This document shows, piece after piece, positions 39,892 through 52,690 of a DNA stretch of 64,000 nucleotides (position 1 is the stretch's first letter; every line of letters begins with the position of its first letter). The stretch comes from the human T2T-CHM13v2.0 reference genome, Homo sapiens: the NCBI RefSeq assembly GCF_009914755.1, contig NC_060925.1. One strand, given 5' to 3'. A model generated the notes under the pieces. That model worked only from the letters and a program-made list of their open reading frames with translations. It made no database searches and was not told the DNA's origin. Made by a program: the position numbers and the translations under genes.

Positions 39892-40826
39892 CTGGGGCAA
39901 GAAAGGAAAAAGAGAAATGGAGCTTCAGGATTGGAGGCTCACCTGAGTATCTCACCCACTCTCACCTATGTGAAGCAGCAATGTGAGGCTGCCCATTCTC
40001 TGAACATAGGCCTGGGGAAGGAACCAATCCTCCTGGCCCAGGGGTTCTGACTCTTAGCCCAGGGGCAGATGGTTGAGGCCCTTCCCACTCAGAGAGGGAA
40101 CCCGGAGCACCTCACCACTCATCTACTCTAAGGAGCAAGGTGAGCATCACTTCCTGGACTTTCCCCAGGCTGCCCTGGCCCCTCATCACACCTCCCATGC
40201 CTCCTTGGCTATTCAAATTTCCCTGCTCAGAGATTTTCCACGACCTCTGTGGGAGATTTGAACCTAGAATGCATACCCCTCCTAGCAAGCGTTAGACTAA
40301 AAGGGTAAAACAAAGACACTTTAAAACATACTAATAATTACAAAGTTAATCACCTGTCTAAAGGAAACTCAAAGATGTTCAGGGAAAAAAATTTTAATGA
40401 ATTCAAGAACAAGGAAGAAACGAGATATAGCAATGATCAAAGAAATAAGTGAAACTCATGGTTCAATACAGATAATTAATATATATGATTATCTATATCT
40501 ATATATCTACCTATAGCTATATCTATATATGCAGTGACCACAATATGGATGGGTTGAAAACACAGTCTGAAAACATGTCAAAGTTCTTGTTTTGTTCAGA
40601 GAAAGAAAAAAACTGATTATCTTTAAATGCTAAAGTAAAAATTTAAGTTTAGTTAACTAGTAGGATAAAAGTATAAGATTGTATAACTTCTAAACTGCTG
40701 GAGAAGTTTAGATAGAAGAAAACTCTATTAATATAACAAAAGGCAAGAAAAAATTAAGTATATTAAATAGAAAACATTAAATAAGATGCCAGGAGTAGGT
40801 CCACACGTGAAACATTGAAATACATT

Positions 40827-41345
40827 ACCCAAAGGATTATAAATTGTGCTGCTATAAAGACACATGCACATGTATGTTTATTGCGGCACTATTCACAATA
40901 GCAAAGACTTGGAACCAACCCAAATGTCCAACAATGATAGACTGGATTAAGAAAATGTGACATATATACACCATGGAATACTATGCAGCCATAAAAAATG
41001 ATGAGTTCATGTCCTTTGTAGGGACATGGATGAAGCTGGAAACCATCATTCTCAGCAAACTATCGAAAGGAAAAGAAACCAAACACCGCATGTTCTCACT
41101 CATAGGTGGGAATTGAACAATGAGAACACATGGACACAGGAAGGGGAACATAACACATTGGGGACTGTTGTGGGGTGGGGGGAGGGGGGAGGGATAGCAT
41201 TAGGAGATATACTTAATGCTAAATGATGAGTTAATGGGTGCAGCACACCAACATGGCACATGTGTACATATGTAACAAACCTGCACATTGTGCACATGTA
41301 CCCTAAAACTTAAAGTATAATTAATAATAATTAAAAAAAAGAAAT
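40827..41345 (+). mobile_element. 5'-truncated young L1PA
   Basis: Canonical L1PA 3'UTR (...GCACATGTACCCTAAAACTTAAAGTATAAT plus A tail); GAAATACATT repeat at 40817-40826 and 41347-41356. Confidence 0.95.
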
Positions 41346-42325
41346 GGAAATACATTTGAATGCATTATATTTCCCTACTAAAAGGCCAAGACTTGCAGAT
41401 TAGATAAACCCAGTGTGTGCCATATGCATTATCTGATGACAAAGAATGATTCAAAAGAAAGAGATAGAAAATGATAGACTAGAAAAATGTCAGCAAAGAT
41501 TGTAAGTGTGGCACTAGTCACTACAGACTAAACAAAATTTGGGATTAAAAAAACATTAAGTGGGCCAAAAAGAAATAGTTGAGCTTAATATGTACCTAAC
41601 AACATGGTTTGGAAATGTATTTAATATAAATGTCACAAAGCAAAACAAAACAGAGACAAACAAACAAAAAAGCTACTGGAAATACAATGATAAATGACCA
41701 AATCCACTACTACTATGGTGAATTATTTTACTATGTTGGATAGACCTAAGTAAACTATAGAGGAGGCTGTAATACAAGTAAAAACAGACATTAATAACCA
41801 GGTGACCCATCTGCTAGGTAGCTCTCTCCACACTCATGTCCAGTCCTCGCTCTGTCCTTGTATTTATCTATGGTGGAGTCTGGAAGGTTAAATCCTCAGT
41901 TTCTCAGTCTTTCTTGAAGTTGGAGTTCTGACCAATGAAGTAAGGGGAATGGCCATCTTGGGACTCCGAGGCCACAAGCATGAGGATAAGCGTAGGTGTG
42001 CCCAGGACGGTAGAGCAGCAAGATGGAGAGAGCTTGCGTCCCTGACCACAGGGCTGAGCAGCTCAGCCAACGCCAGCAGATGCTCTCTCTCGACTTCTTG
42101 TGGGGAAAAAAGAGTCAAACATATTCCTCACATATACACATAGATAATAATAAAAAAGAAGTATTCAATCAGCAAAATGAAAAGTTGATTTCTTAAAAAA
42201 GACTAATGAAAAGAAAAAATATTGATACATCTGACTAAAAAATCAAAATCATAAGCAAACGACATTAGGAATGAGAATTGGGACATAACCACACATATAG
42301 AAAAGATATTACAAGTAAGAAAACA

Positions 42326-42444
42326 GGCCGGGTGCAGTGGCTCATACCTGCAATTCCAGCACTTTAGGAGGCCATGGCAGGAGAATTACTTAAGATTAGG
42401 AATTTGAGGCCAGTCTGGGCAACATAGTGAGACCTTGTCTCTAC

Positions 42445-42479
<35 letters not shown>

Positions 42480-42565
42480 ATTAAATTAAATAAAAATTAG
42501 CTGGGCATGGTGGTGTGCGCCTGTAGTCTCAGCTACTCTGGAGGCTGAGGCCAAATCACTTGAGC
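42326..42565 (+). mobile_element. AluJ, 3'-truncated, with (TAAA)n expansion in the linker
   Basis: GGCCGGGTGCAGTGGCTCATACC...CTACTAAATAAATAAA...TTAGCTGGGCATGG. Confidence 0.9.
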
Positions 42566-42737
42566 TATGGCTGGGTTTGGATCAGCACTCAGGGATCCAG
42601 GGCCCTGGTCAGCCTCTGGCTTCCATTAACCTCTGCTCTGAGATGGTTCTCACAGTTCAAAGCACCACATTCTCACACAGCCACATTCAGAGGCAGAAGT
42701 CTGAGGGCAGCGTGGGGCCAGATTTTCTCTCCACCCT

Positions 42738-43725
42738 CTGCTTTGGTTTTAACTGTCCCACAAATTTCATGTGTTGAAACTTAATCCCCAATGTGGCAGT
42801 ATTAAAAGGTGGAACCCTTAATAGGTGATTGGGTCATAAGAACTCTGCCCTCATGAATGGATTAGTTCTTTCATGGATCAGTGGATTAAGGGGTATTAAA
42901 GTAAGTTTAGCCTAAAGCTTTCTCCTTACATATTATAGGTTCGGCTGAAAGGTTTCTCCACACATGGTGAAATGTAACCTAGCTGGCTGTGTAAACAAAC
43001 TATAACCTACTCTTGTACCAATCACAGAGTTTTGGCCAATCACAGACGGTCAACTCCTCAAACTGTGTTCATACAAGTAGGCATTAAGCTGCTTTTTTGA
43101 ACATGATAGGTTACGGCTTAAACAATCCAGCTGTTTCTGTACCTCCCTGTCTATCACTTTCCTTTTTTGGTCCATAAATATTATCCGATCATCTGGCAGC
43201 CCCCGAGCAGCTCTGAACCTATTCTGGTTCTGGGGACTATCTAATTGTCAATGGTTCTTTGCTCAGTTAAATTCTGTTAAATGTAATTTGTCTAAAGTTT
43301 TCTTTTATGATGGGTTAATGGATTAATGGATGATCATGGGAGTGGAACTGATGGCTTTATATGAGGAAGAGAGACCTGAGTAAGTACACTAGTAGCTCAC
43401 ACTCAGGCCCCTTAGACTAAGGCTCCCCTTCCTTCCTAGGGTATCTAAAGCCCCAGCACCCTCCCAGCTTCATAGCTGGATGTCCTTCTTGTCTTTACCC
43501 TCATAGCAAATCCTTCGCCAAGTGATGCTGCTGCCCCAAGATTCGGCATGTGATAGCCTGTGCCACCTCAGGGCACGACACAAGATCCCCACCAGCAAGA
43601 AAGCTCTCACCCAGTGTGCCCCCTTGACCTTGGACTTCCAAGCCTCCATAACTGTAAGAAGATAAATTTCTCTTCTCTACAAATTACCTAGTTTCAGGTA
43701 TTATGTTAAGAGCAACATCCTGATA
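42738..43725 (+). mobile_element. MST-family MaLR LTR with a nested MER57-like LTR (~42894-43310)
   Basis: TCATGTGTTGAAACTTAATCCCCAATG...GCCCTCATGAATGGATTA and GACCTTGGACTTCC...ACTGTAAGAA...AAATTACC halves, interrupted by AAGTTTAGCCTAAAGC...TCTAAAGTTTTCTTTT. Confidence 0.8.
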
Positions 43726-45985
43726 AGAGGAAGAAGGGTATCTTAGTCCATTTTCTGTTGCTTTTAACACTATGGACTGATGAGGGAGATCAAATATATG
43801 GGTAACTAGTGTCCCCAAAAAAGAGATAAAAATATGGAGAGGAGAAAATATAGTAATCAATACCATCAATTTCTTCCCCCAGTGGCATTCTCCTTCTTAC
43901 TGATAGAACCCTTACTGGTTCAGGTGTCAAGAAGAGATACCTGGTATCAGGGATGAGGTGGGCATGTGACACTAGTCCGGCCCACCTATTTCTTACAAAA
44001 GTTTGTAAGAAAAAGTTTACTCAGGGCTGCTTTGAGTGCTTGCAAATGCCAGCACCAGTCTAAGTACTGTCAGTGTATTAACTCATTGTCTTGTTCAACA
44101 ACACTATGCTGGAAGGCATTCTAGTTACTTCCATTTTCATAGATAAAGACACTGAGGCACTAGGAGGCTAAGTGCCTGTTCAAGAGTCTGCACAGCCAGA
44201 AAGTGGAGTTAGGATTGTAACACAGACAGCTTGGCCTCAAAGCCAAATTTCTCATCCATTAAGCTGTAAGGCTCACATCAATTTGCCCAAAGGTCAATTC
44301 ATCTAAAACCAATTTGCTGAAAGACAGTTTACCAGAGAATCCATTTCATGAATGAGCAAATCACTGAATGACCAATTTGCTAAATTTATAAAATATTTAT
44401 TTCTATCAATAATTGATAAAGTTTAGAATGATTTGAATCAGATACGTTATAAGACCTTTGGGAAGAAAATGTTCTGGCTTCAGACTTCTTCTCTGGCTGT
44501 CATTCACCCCACCTCCTCCCTGTTGGTCTCCTCCTCCCTCTGCCCCTCAGTCCCCCGCTTTCAGGAATCAGCAACTCTAGCTTCTTATGAACTGACTTGT
44601 CTTTCTTTCTCTTAGCAGGGAGCTGGGTAGAGAAAAATCAAAGTGCTTAAGGTGCTCTTAGGAAGAAACAATGGAAACCTGTCAACTGGAATGACACAGA
44701 AATCTTTAAAAGCTGTTTAAACTATTCTGTACAATAAGAATTTCTTTAAGCTTTATTCATAGTTAAAAGACAGGATTTTTGGGTAAATGGATAGCTTTGA
44801 TAATTTTGATGACTTGATCATTTTCTGACTTGGTGCCTGGCAAATTGGCCCACTTCTGTCCTACAGCACCTCTGAAAAAGGCATGTCAAATCCAAAAGTC
44901 CCTGCTCCATAGCTGTGAGGAACATATCTGACTTTCAAGCAGAGGTATGGGATTCTATTTTTGTGGTAACCACTTGCAATAGTTGATAGCAGTAACTCAG
45001 TAAATACTCACTATGGTAGCAAACACCTAGGGAATAACTTTTTTGTTCTATGATTCTACTAATAAGTAGATAATATGCATTGATTGGAGATTTCAATAAT
45101 GCTGAAAGGTTAATTTTTTTCAGGTTAAAAAAAAAACAATTTTACAGATCTATTAGTTGTTACCTGGCAGCCTTTTGGTTAAGAATAAGGTTAACTGTCT
45201 TGAACTGGTAAACAAAGGCTTTAAATTAATCAAGTGTTGTACAATAGATGTATGTGAATTACCATTCTTTGTATTAAAGGTTTTTTTTAAAAAGTTATAG
45301 AACCTGATGTGAAGCCCATTTTTCATCTTAATCTCAAATCAATTACTTAGTTTTAGCAGAACAAAAACACTCATCACATTACCTTACATTTGTAGGTTTG
45401 AATATTAGTTTAAATAATCATTGCTTCCTTGTTTTATTGTTTTGTTTTTATTTATATTACATACATTTTTTTGGTTTATAATATAAAACCTATAGGCACA
45501 AGACATTTATACAGTGTTATGTTTGTAGATCTTTAAGTAACATTTTAATAAAAATAATTAAAATCAACACAGTAATAAAAACTCTTTAAAAGAACGATTT
45601 TTACTATAGTAAATTTTTATTGAATTATTACAAGAAGTAAGGAAAAAATAAATCCTTAATAAATAAATCCTTAACAAACAAAACACAAATACCCAACTGA
45701 CAAAGTAAAGCATAAAAACTACAGGAGAATGCCATTTACAAGTAATGATGCAAAATTCACAAATAAAAATATTATCCAACAATAGCACATTAAAGGAATA
45801 ATACATCAACTGAGGTGTATCCCAATAATGTAGGAAATGTTCAATAATAGGAAATTAATGTATTATTAATACACAAAAAGAAAAAAATATGATACATTTG
45901 CAAATGCAGAAAGGGAGAGGATAACATATGACATTTTGTTTTTGATAAGACCTTTGATAAAATTAGAATAGTTACATACTTTCTT

Positions 45986-48900
45986 TTTTAAGTTCCAGGG
46001 TACGTGTGGACATGCAGGTTAGTGTCATAGGTAAATGTGTGCCATGGTGGTTTGCTGTATCTATCAACCCATCCATCACCTAGGTATTAAGCCCAGCATG
46101 CATTAGCTATTTTTGCTAATGTTCTTCCTCCCCCTACACCATTCCCCAACAGGTTTCAATTTTCTGCAGAACGTAGCCAGTTCTCCCAGCACCATTTATT
46201 AAATAGGGAATCCTTTCCCCATTGCTTGTTTTTGTCAGATTTGTCAAAGATTAGATGGTTGTAGATATGTGGTCTTATTTATCAGTTCTCTATTCTGTTG
46301 CATTTGTCTATGTGTCGGTTTTTGTACCAGTACCATGCTGTTTTGGTTATTGCAGCCTTGTAGTATAGTTTGAAGTCTGGTAGTGTGATGCCTCCAGTTT
46401 TGTTCTTTTTGCTTAGAATTGTCTTGGTTATATGAGCCTTTTTTGGCTCCATGTAAATTTTAAAATTGTTTCTTCTAGTTCTGTAAAGAATGTCAATGAT
46501 AGTTTAATGGGAATAGCATTTAATTGATAAATTACTTTGGGCAGTATGGCCATTTTCATGATATTGATTCTTCCTATCTATGAGCATGGAATGTTTTTCC
46601 ATTTGTTTGTGTCAGCTTCGATTTCCTTGAGCAGTGGTTTGTAGTTCTCCTTGAGGAGGTCGTTCACCTCCCTTGTTAGCTGTATTCCTAGGTATTTTAT
46701 TCTTTTTGTACCAATTGTTAATGGGAGTTCACTTATGATTTGGCTCTCTGCTTACCTGTTGTTGGTGTATAGGAATGCTTGTGACTTTTGGACATTGATT
46801 TGTATCCTGAGACTTTGCTGAAGTTGCTTATCAGCTTAAGAAGCTTTTGGGTTGAGACAATGGGGTTTTCTAGATATAGGATCATGTCACCTGCAAACAA
46901 AGACAATTTGACTTTCTCTCTTCCTATTTGAATACACTTTATTTCTTTCTCTTGCCTGATTGCCCTGGCCAGAACATCCAATACTATGTTGAATAGGAGT
47001 GGTGAGAGAGAGCATCCTTGTCTTGTGCATTCCCTTTTAAAAAGGGAAGGCTTCCAGGTTTTGCCCATTTAGTATGATATTGGTTGTGGGTTTGTCATAA
47101 ATGGCTCTTATTATTTTGATGTATGTTCCTTTAATACCTAGTTTATTGAGAGTTTTTAACATAAAGTGATGTTGAATTGTATCAACAGCCTTTTCTGCAT
47201 CTATTGAGATAGTCTTGTGGTTCTTGTCTTTAGATATGTTTATGTGATGAATAATATTTATTGATTTGCATATGCTGAACCAGCCTTGCATCCCAGGGAT
47301 GAAGCCAACTTGATCGTGGTAAATAAGCTTTTTGACTTGCTGCTGGATTCGGTTTGCCAGTATTTTATTGAGAATTTTTGCACCCATGTTCATCAGGGAT
47401 ATTGGCCTGAAGTTTTCTTTTTTGTTGTATCTCTGCCAGATTTTGGTATCAGGATGATGCTGGCCTCATAGAATGAGTTAGGGAGGAGGCCCTCCTTTTC
47501 AATTGTTTGGAATAGTTTCAGAAGAAAGGGTATCAGCTTCTCTTTGTATTTCTGGTAGAATTCAGCTATAAATCCATCTGGTCCCGGGTTTTTTTTTGGT
47601 TGGTAGGCTATTTATTACTGCCTCAATTTCAGAAATTGTTATTCGTCTACTCAGGGATTCAACTTCTTTCTATTTTAGTCTTGGGAGGGTGTATGCATTC
47701 AGGAATTTATCCATTTCTTCTAGGTTTTCTGGTTTATTTACATACAGATGTTTATAGTATTCTCTGATGGTTGATTGTATTTCTGCGGGGTCAGTGGTGA
47801 TATTCTCTTTATCATTTTTTATTGTGTCTATTTGATTCTTCTCTCTTTTTTATTCATCTAGCTAGCTGTATATCTATTTTATTAATTTTTTCAAAAAAAC
47901 AGCTCCTGGATTCATTGATTTTTTTGAAGGGTTTTTTGTGTCTCTATCTCCTTCAGTTCTGTTCTAAGCTTGGTTGTTTCTAATCTCCTGCTAGCTTTGG
48001 GGTTTGTTTGCTTTTAGTTATCTAGTTCTTTTAGTTGTGATGTTAACGTGTCAACTTGAGCTCTTCCTAGCTTTTTGATGTGGGCATTTAGTGCTATAAA
48101 TTTCCCTCTTAACTCTGCTTTAGCTGCATCCCAGAGATTCTGATACATTGTCTCTTTGTTCTCATTGGTTTCAAAGAACTTCTTGATCCCTGCCTTAATT
48201 TCATTATTTATACAGGAGTCATCCAGGAGCAGGTTGCTCAATTTCCATGTAGTTGTGTGGTTTTGAGTGAGTTTCTTAAATTTGAGTTCTAATTTGATTG
48301 TGCTGTGGTCCGAGAGACTGTCTGTTATGATTTCATTTCCTTTGCATTAGCTGATTAGTGATTTACGTCCAATTATGTGATCAGTTTTAGAGTAAGTGCC
48401 ATGTGGCACTGAGAAGAATGCATATTTTGTTGTTTTGGGGTGGAGAGTTCTGTAGATATCTATCAGGTCTACTTGATCCAGAGCTGAGTTCAATTCCTGA
48501 ATATCTTTGCTAATTTTCTGTCTTGATGATCTGTCTAATATTGACAGTGGGGTGTTAAAATCTCTTACTATTATTGTGTGGGAGTCTAAGTCTCTTTGTA
48601 GGTCTCTAAGAACTTGTTTTATGAATCTGGGTGCTCCTTTATTGGGTGAATATATATTTAGGATAGTTAGCTCTTCTTGTTGAATTAACCCCTTTACCAT
48701 TATGTAATGCTCTTCTTTGTCTTTTTTTGATCTTTCTTGGTTTAATGTCCATTTTTTTCAGAAACTAGGATTGCAACCCCTGCTTTTTTTCGTTTTTCAT
48801 TTGCTTGGTAAATTTTCCTCCACCCTTTCATTTTGAGTCTATGTGTGTCTTTGCATGTGGAATTAGTCTCTTGAATACAGCACACTGATGGATCGTTACT

Positions 48901-51460
48901 CTTTATCCTGATTGCCATTTGTGGTCTTTTAATTGGGGCATTTAGCCCATTTACATTTAAAGTTGATAATGTTATGTGTGAATTTGATCCTGTCATCATG
49001 ATGCTAGCTGGTTATTTTGCAGGCTAGTTTATGTGGTTGCTTCATAGTGTCACTGGTCTGTGTACTTCAGTGTGTTTTTGTAGTGGCTGGTAATGGTTTT
49101 TCCTTTCCAAATTTAGTGCTTCCTTCAGGAGCTCTTGCAAGGCAGGTCTAGTGGTGATGAATTCTCTCAGCATTTGCTTGTCTGAAAAAGATTTTATTTC
49201 TCCTTCACTTATGAAACTTAGTTTAGCTTGATATGAAATTCTAGGTTGAAAATTCTTTTTTTTTTTTTTAAAGAATATTGAATATTGGTCCCCAATCTCT
49301 TCTGGCTTGTAGAGTTTCCACTGAGAGGTTTGCTGTTAGTCTGATGGGCTTCCTTTTATAAGTGGCCTGGCCTTTCTCTCTGGCTGCCCTTAACATTTTT
49401 TCCTTCATTTCGACCTTGGAGAATCTGATGATTATGTTTCTTGGAGTTGATCTTCTTGTGGAGTATCTTACTGGGGTTCTCTGAATTTTCTGAATTTGAA
49501 TGTTGGCCTGTCTTGCTAGGTTGGGACAGTTCTCCTGGATGATATCCTAAAATGTGTTTTCCAACTTGGTTCCATTCTCTACTTCTCTGTCAAGTATCCC
49601 TATCAGATGTAGGTTTGATTTTTTAACATAATCCCATAGTTCTCAGAGATTCTGTTCATTCCTTTTCATTCTTTTTTCTCTAATTTTGTCTGCCTGCCTT
49701 ATTTCAGTAAGACAATCTTCAAGCTCTGATATCCTTTCTTCTGCATGGTGTATTTGGCTATTGATACTTGTGTTTGCATGGTGAATTTCTTGTGTTGTGT
49801 TTTTCAGCTCTATCAGGCCATTTATGTTCCTCTCTAAACTGGTTATTCTGGTTAACAGCTCCTGTAGTGTTTTATCATGGTTCTTAGTTTCTTTGCAATG
49901 AATTAGAACATACTTCTTTAGCTCAGAAGTTCATTACTATCCATCTTCTAAAACCTACTTCTGTCAATTCATCCATCTCATCCTCAGCCCTGTTCTGTGC
50001 CCTTGCTGGAGATGTGTTGTGATCATTTGGAGGAGAAGAGACACTCTGGCTTTTTAAAATTTCAGTATTATTGCATTGATTCTTTTCTCATCTTCATGGG
50101 TTTATCTACCTTTGATCTTTGAGGCTGCTAACCTTTGGAAGGGGTTTTTGTGGGGTCTTTTTTGTTGATGTTGTTATTGCTGTTGCTTTCTGTTTATTTT
50201 TCTTTTAGCAGTCAGGCCCCTCTTCTGTAGGGCTGCTGCAGTTTGCTGGGGGTCTAGTTCAGACGCTATTCACCTGGGTCCCTCCCACCTATGGAGGTAT
50301 CACCAGAAGAGCCTGCAGACTAACAAAGATGGCTGCCTGCTCCTTCCTCTGTGTTACAGAGGGGCACAGAACTGATGCCGGCTGGAGTGCTCCTGTGTGA
50401 GGTGTCTGGAGAATCCTGTTGGGAGGTCTCACCCAGTCAGTAGGAGTAGGATCAGAGACTCACTTAAATAAGCAGTCTGGCTGCCCCTTGGTGGAGTGGG
50501 TGTGCTGCACTGGGAGGAATCCCCCTCATCCAGGCTGCCCTGACTCTCCAGAGCCAGCAGGCAGAAAAGACTAAGACCACTGATCCGTTATACCACAGCC
50601 ATTCCTTCTAGGGGCTCCTCTCAGGGATATCACAGTTGTGTTCATAAACCCCTGGCTGGGGATGCAGAAACTCCCACACGGAAGCCCTGCCCAGTGAGGA
50701 GAAGTGGATTAGGGTCCTTCCTAAAGAAGTAGTCTGGCCAGGAGCTGACCCAGTTGCTGTGCTGCACCGTGGGGAATTGCTCCCAGTTCAAACCACCCAG
50801 TCTCACTTGCACCGGTGGCAGGGGAAAATGGCTGACTGGAGCCTTAGTGATGGGAGCCATCCCTCCCACTGGGAACCTGGTCTTTTTAGGTGGTCTCCAG
50901 CCTGCTGCAGTAATTTCAAGCCAGTGGGTTTTAGCTTGTGGGGTTTCATGGGAGTGAGGTCGCTTGGCTCCCTGGCTTTAGACCCCTTCCCACAGCAGTG
51001 GATGGATCTCCTACTTCACTGGAGTTTCCAGAGCCAGAGTATACATCTGTGTCTCAGTGCCTGCTCATGTGGCCACCCACCTGAGTAGCTGCCATGAGTC
51101 TACACAGCTCTGTGCTTGGGACCCAAGGCCCTGGTGCCATGGGCTCACGAGGGGACCTCCTGATCTGTGAGTTAAAGGGATCCGTGGGAAAAGCTTGGTT
51201 TTCAGGAAAGAATAGCACAATCCCTCATTGCCTCCCTTGTCTGGGAAAGGGAGCTCCCTTTGCCCCATCAGCTCCTGGATGGCCCTCACTCCACCCTGTT
51301 TTCCTTGCTCTCCATGGGTCACACCAAACACCTAGTCAGTCCCAATGAGAGAACTTTGATACCTCAACTGAAAATGCAGAATTCACTCGTTATTTTCATC
51401 CTTCTCCATGGAAGCCACAGAGCCCAGCTGTTTCTATTCAGACATCTTAGCTGTTCCCTC
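45986..51460 (-). mobile_element. Near-full-length, decayed L1PA (L1PA8-era) with internal deletion near the ORF2 3' end, inserted into an older L1M
   Basis: ORF2 EN (MTGSNSHIT...LNVNGLNAPIKR) and RT ([13 protein letters not shown]...[15 protein letters not shown]) fragments; 5'UTR at ~50200-51460; 11-bp TSD CATACTTTCTT at 45975-45985 and 51461-51471; jump from 3'UTR into ORF2 near 46153. Confidence 0.95.
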
Positions 51461-51911
51461 CATACTTTCTTAACATGGTAAAATATATATGCCTTAACCC
51501 CAAACCAACATCATGCTCAGTAGGGAGACAGTGGAAGTATTTGTATTAAAGGTAGGAACAAAACAAAGGTATATTTTATCATCATTATTATTTAGCATGG
51601 TTTTGGGGTTATTAACCAATGTAATTACATAAGAGAAAGAAATGAGGAATGAAAATCAGAAAGAAAGAGCAAAAATTGTAATTATTTATGGATAATATGG
51701 TTATTTAATCAGAAATTCAAGTGGATGAAGTGAAAAATGATTAAAATGGTAGACTTTATGTATGTGGGAACAAGACCATATGTACAACAGCAATAAACTT
51801 GATACAAGATCATAATTTCAATAGGAGATGCCTTTTGACTTGTGTACTGTATGTATACGTTACATAATAAAAGTAAGATGGTCTGTGAATTACTTGAATT
51901 TTGAGAAATCT

Positions 51912-52690
51912 TGAGATGGTACATGTCCTGTGCTTAGAATTAATCTTGGTGGGTGATAGAGCTTGAGAAACATTTTCTTCCCTTTCCACCATTCACTTCC
52001 ACACTGCAGCTGACCCTTAATCTTGTATCTGCAGACCTCATGCCTTCCCAAAGTCAAGGGCCACACCTCTCTATTTTTGGGTAGTGTTTCGGGCTGGGTC
52101 GTAACATCCTAAAGATTCTTCACCCAAGACTCATCTTTCTCAAAAGCCCCAGGACCCTCCATATACTGGGAAATTGACACTATTCCTTGAACATCCCAAT
52201 ACAGGTCCTGCCTGACCATGGGTGTTCCACTAACAGGGATTAATTGGGTCACAGGTCAACAAAGTCTGGCTGATCACTAAAGAGTTCACCTTTCATACTT
52301 TGATGTTTGAATAAGAGTCACTGTTCCTACCTGTGGGGGAACCCATGGGAGCAGCTCATGCTGCCTTGCTGTCTCCGTGGGATGAGGCAGGAAGACCTGG
52401 GTCTCTGGCCTCAGCTCCACATTAAGGAAGGATGTCGAGGACCCTGGGGTGAAGGGTGGTGTGGGAAGATCTTACCAAGTCCCTTCATTGCCCCAGTGTC
52501 TTCATGGTCTAGGCACACTCCGGAGCTCTGGGCTTGTCCAGATCTTGTCATACACAGTGTGGACTGCTGGAGCCAGCGTGGGGCTCTGTGCATGGCAGCT
52601 TCTCTTCTTCATGTCATTCTGCAATTCTGGTGGGATTGAGGAGCTGGCTTGGTCAGCTTCTAAGAATTATGTAGAGGAGCCAGCCAGGCT
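51912..52690 (-). repeat. ~780-bp duplicated block, paralog of 37855-38626
   Basis: Collinear homology by eye. Confidence 0.9.
52502..52618 (-). pseudogene. SLAM-like gene C terminal cytoplasmic exon with ITSM
   Basis: TTGCAG| acceptor, phase 0; reads NDMKKRSCHAQSPTLAPAVHTVYDKIWTSPELRSVPRP*; TVYDKI at 52558-52541. Confidence 0.8.

Noticed and set aside
46733-48999. Endonuclease and reverse-transcriptase ORFs as an active element or novel RT system
   Set aside because: Ordinary L1 ORF2 fragments broken by frameshifts, with the FADD motif altered to FAGD and an internal deletion.
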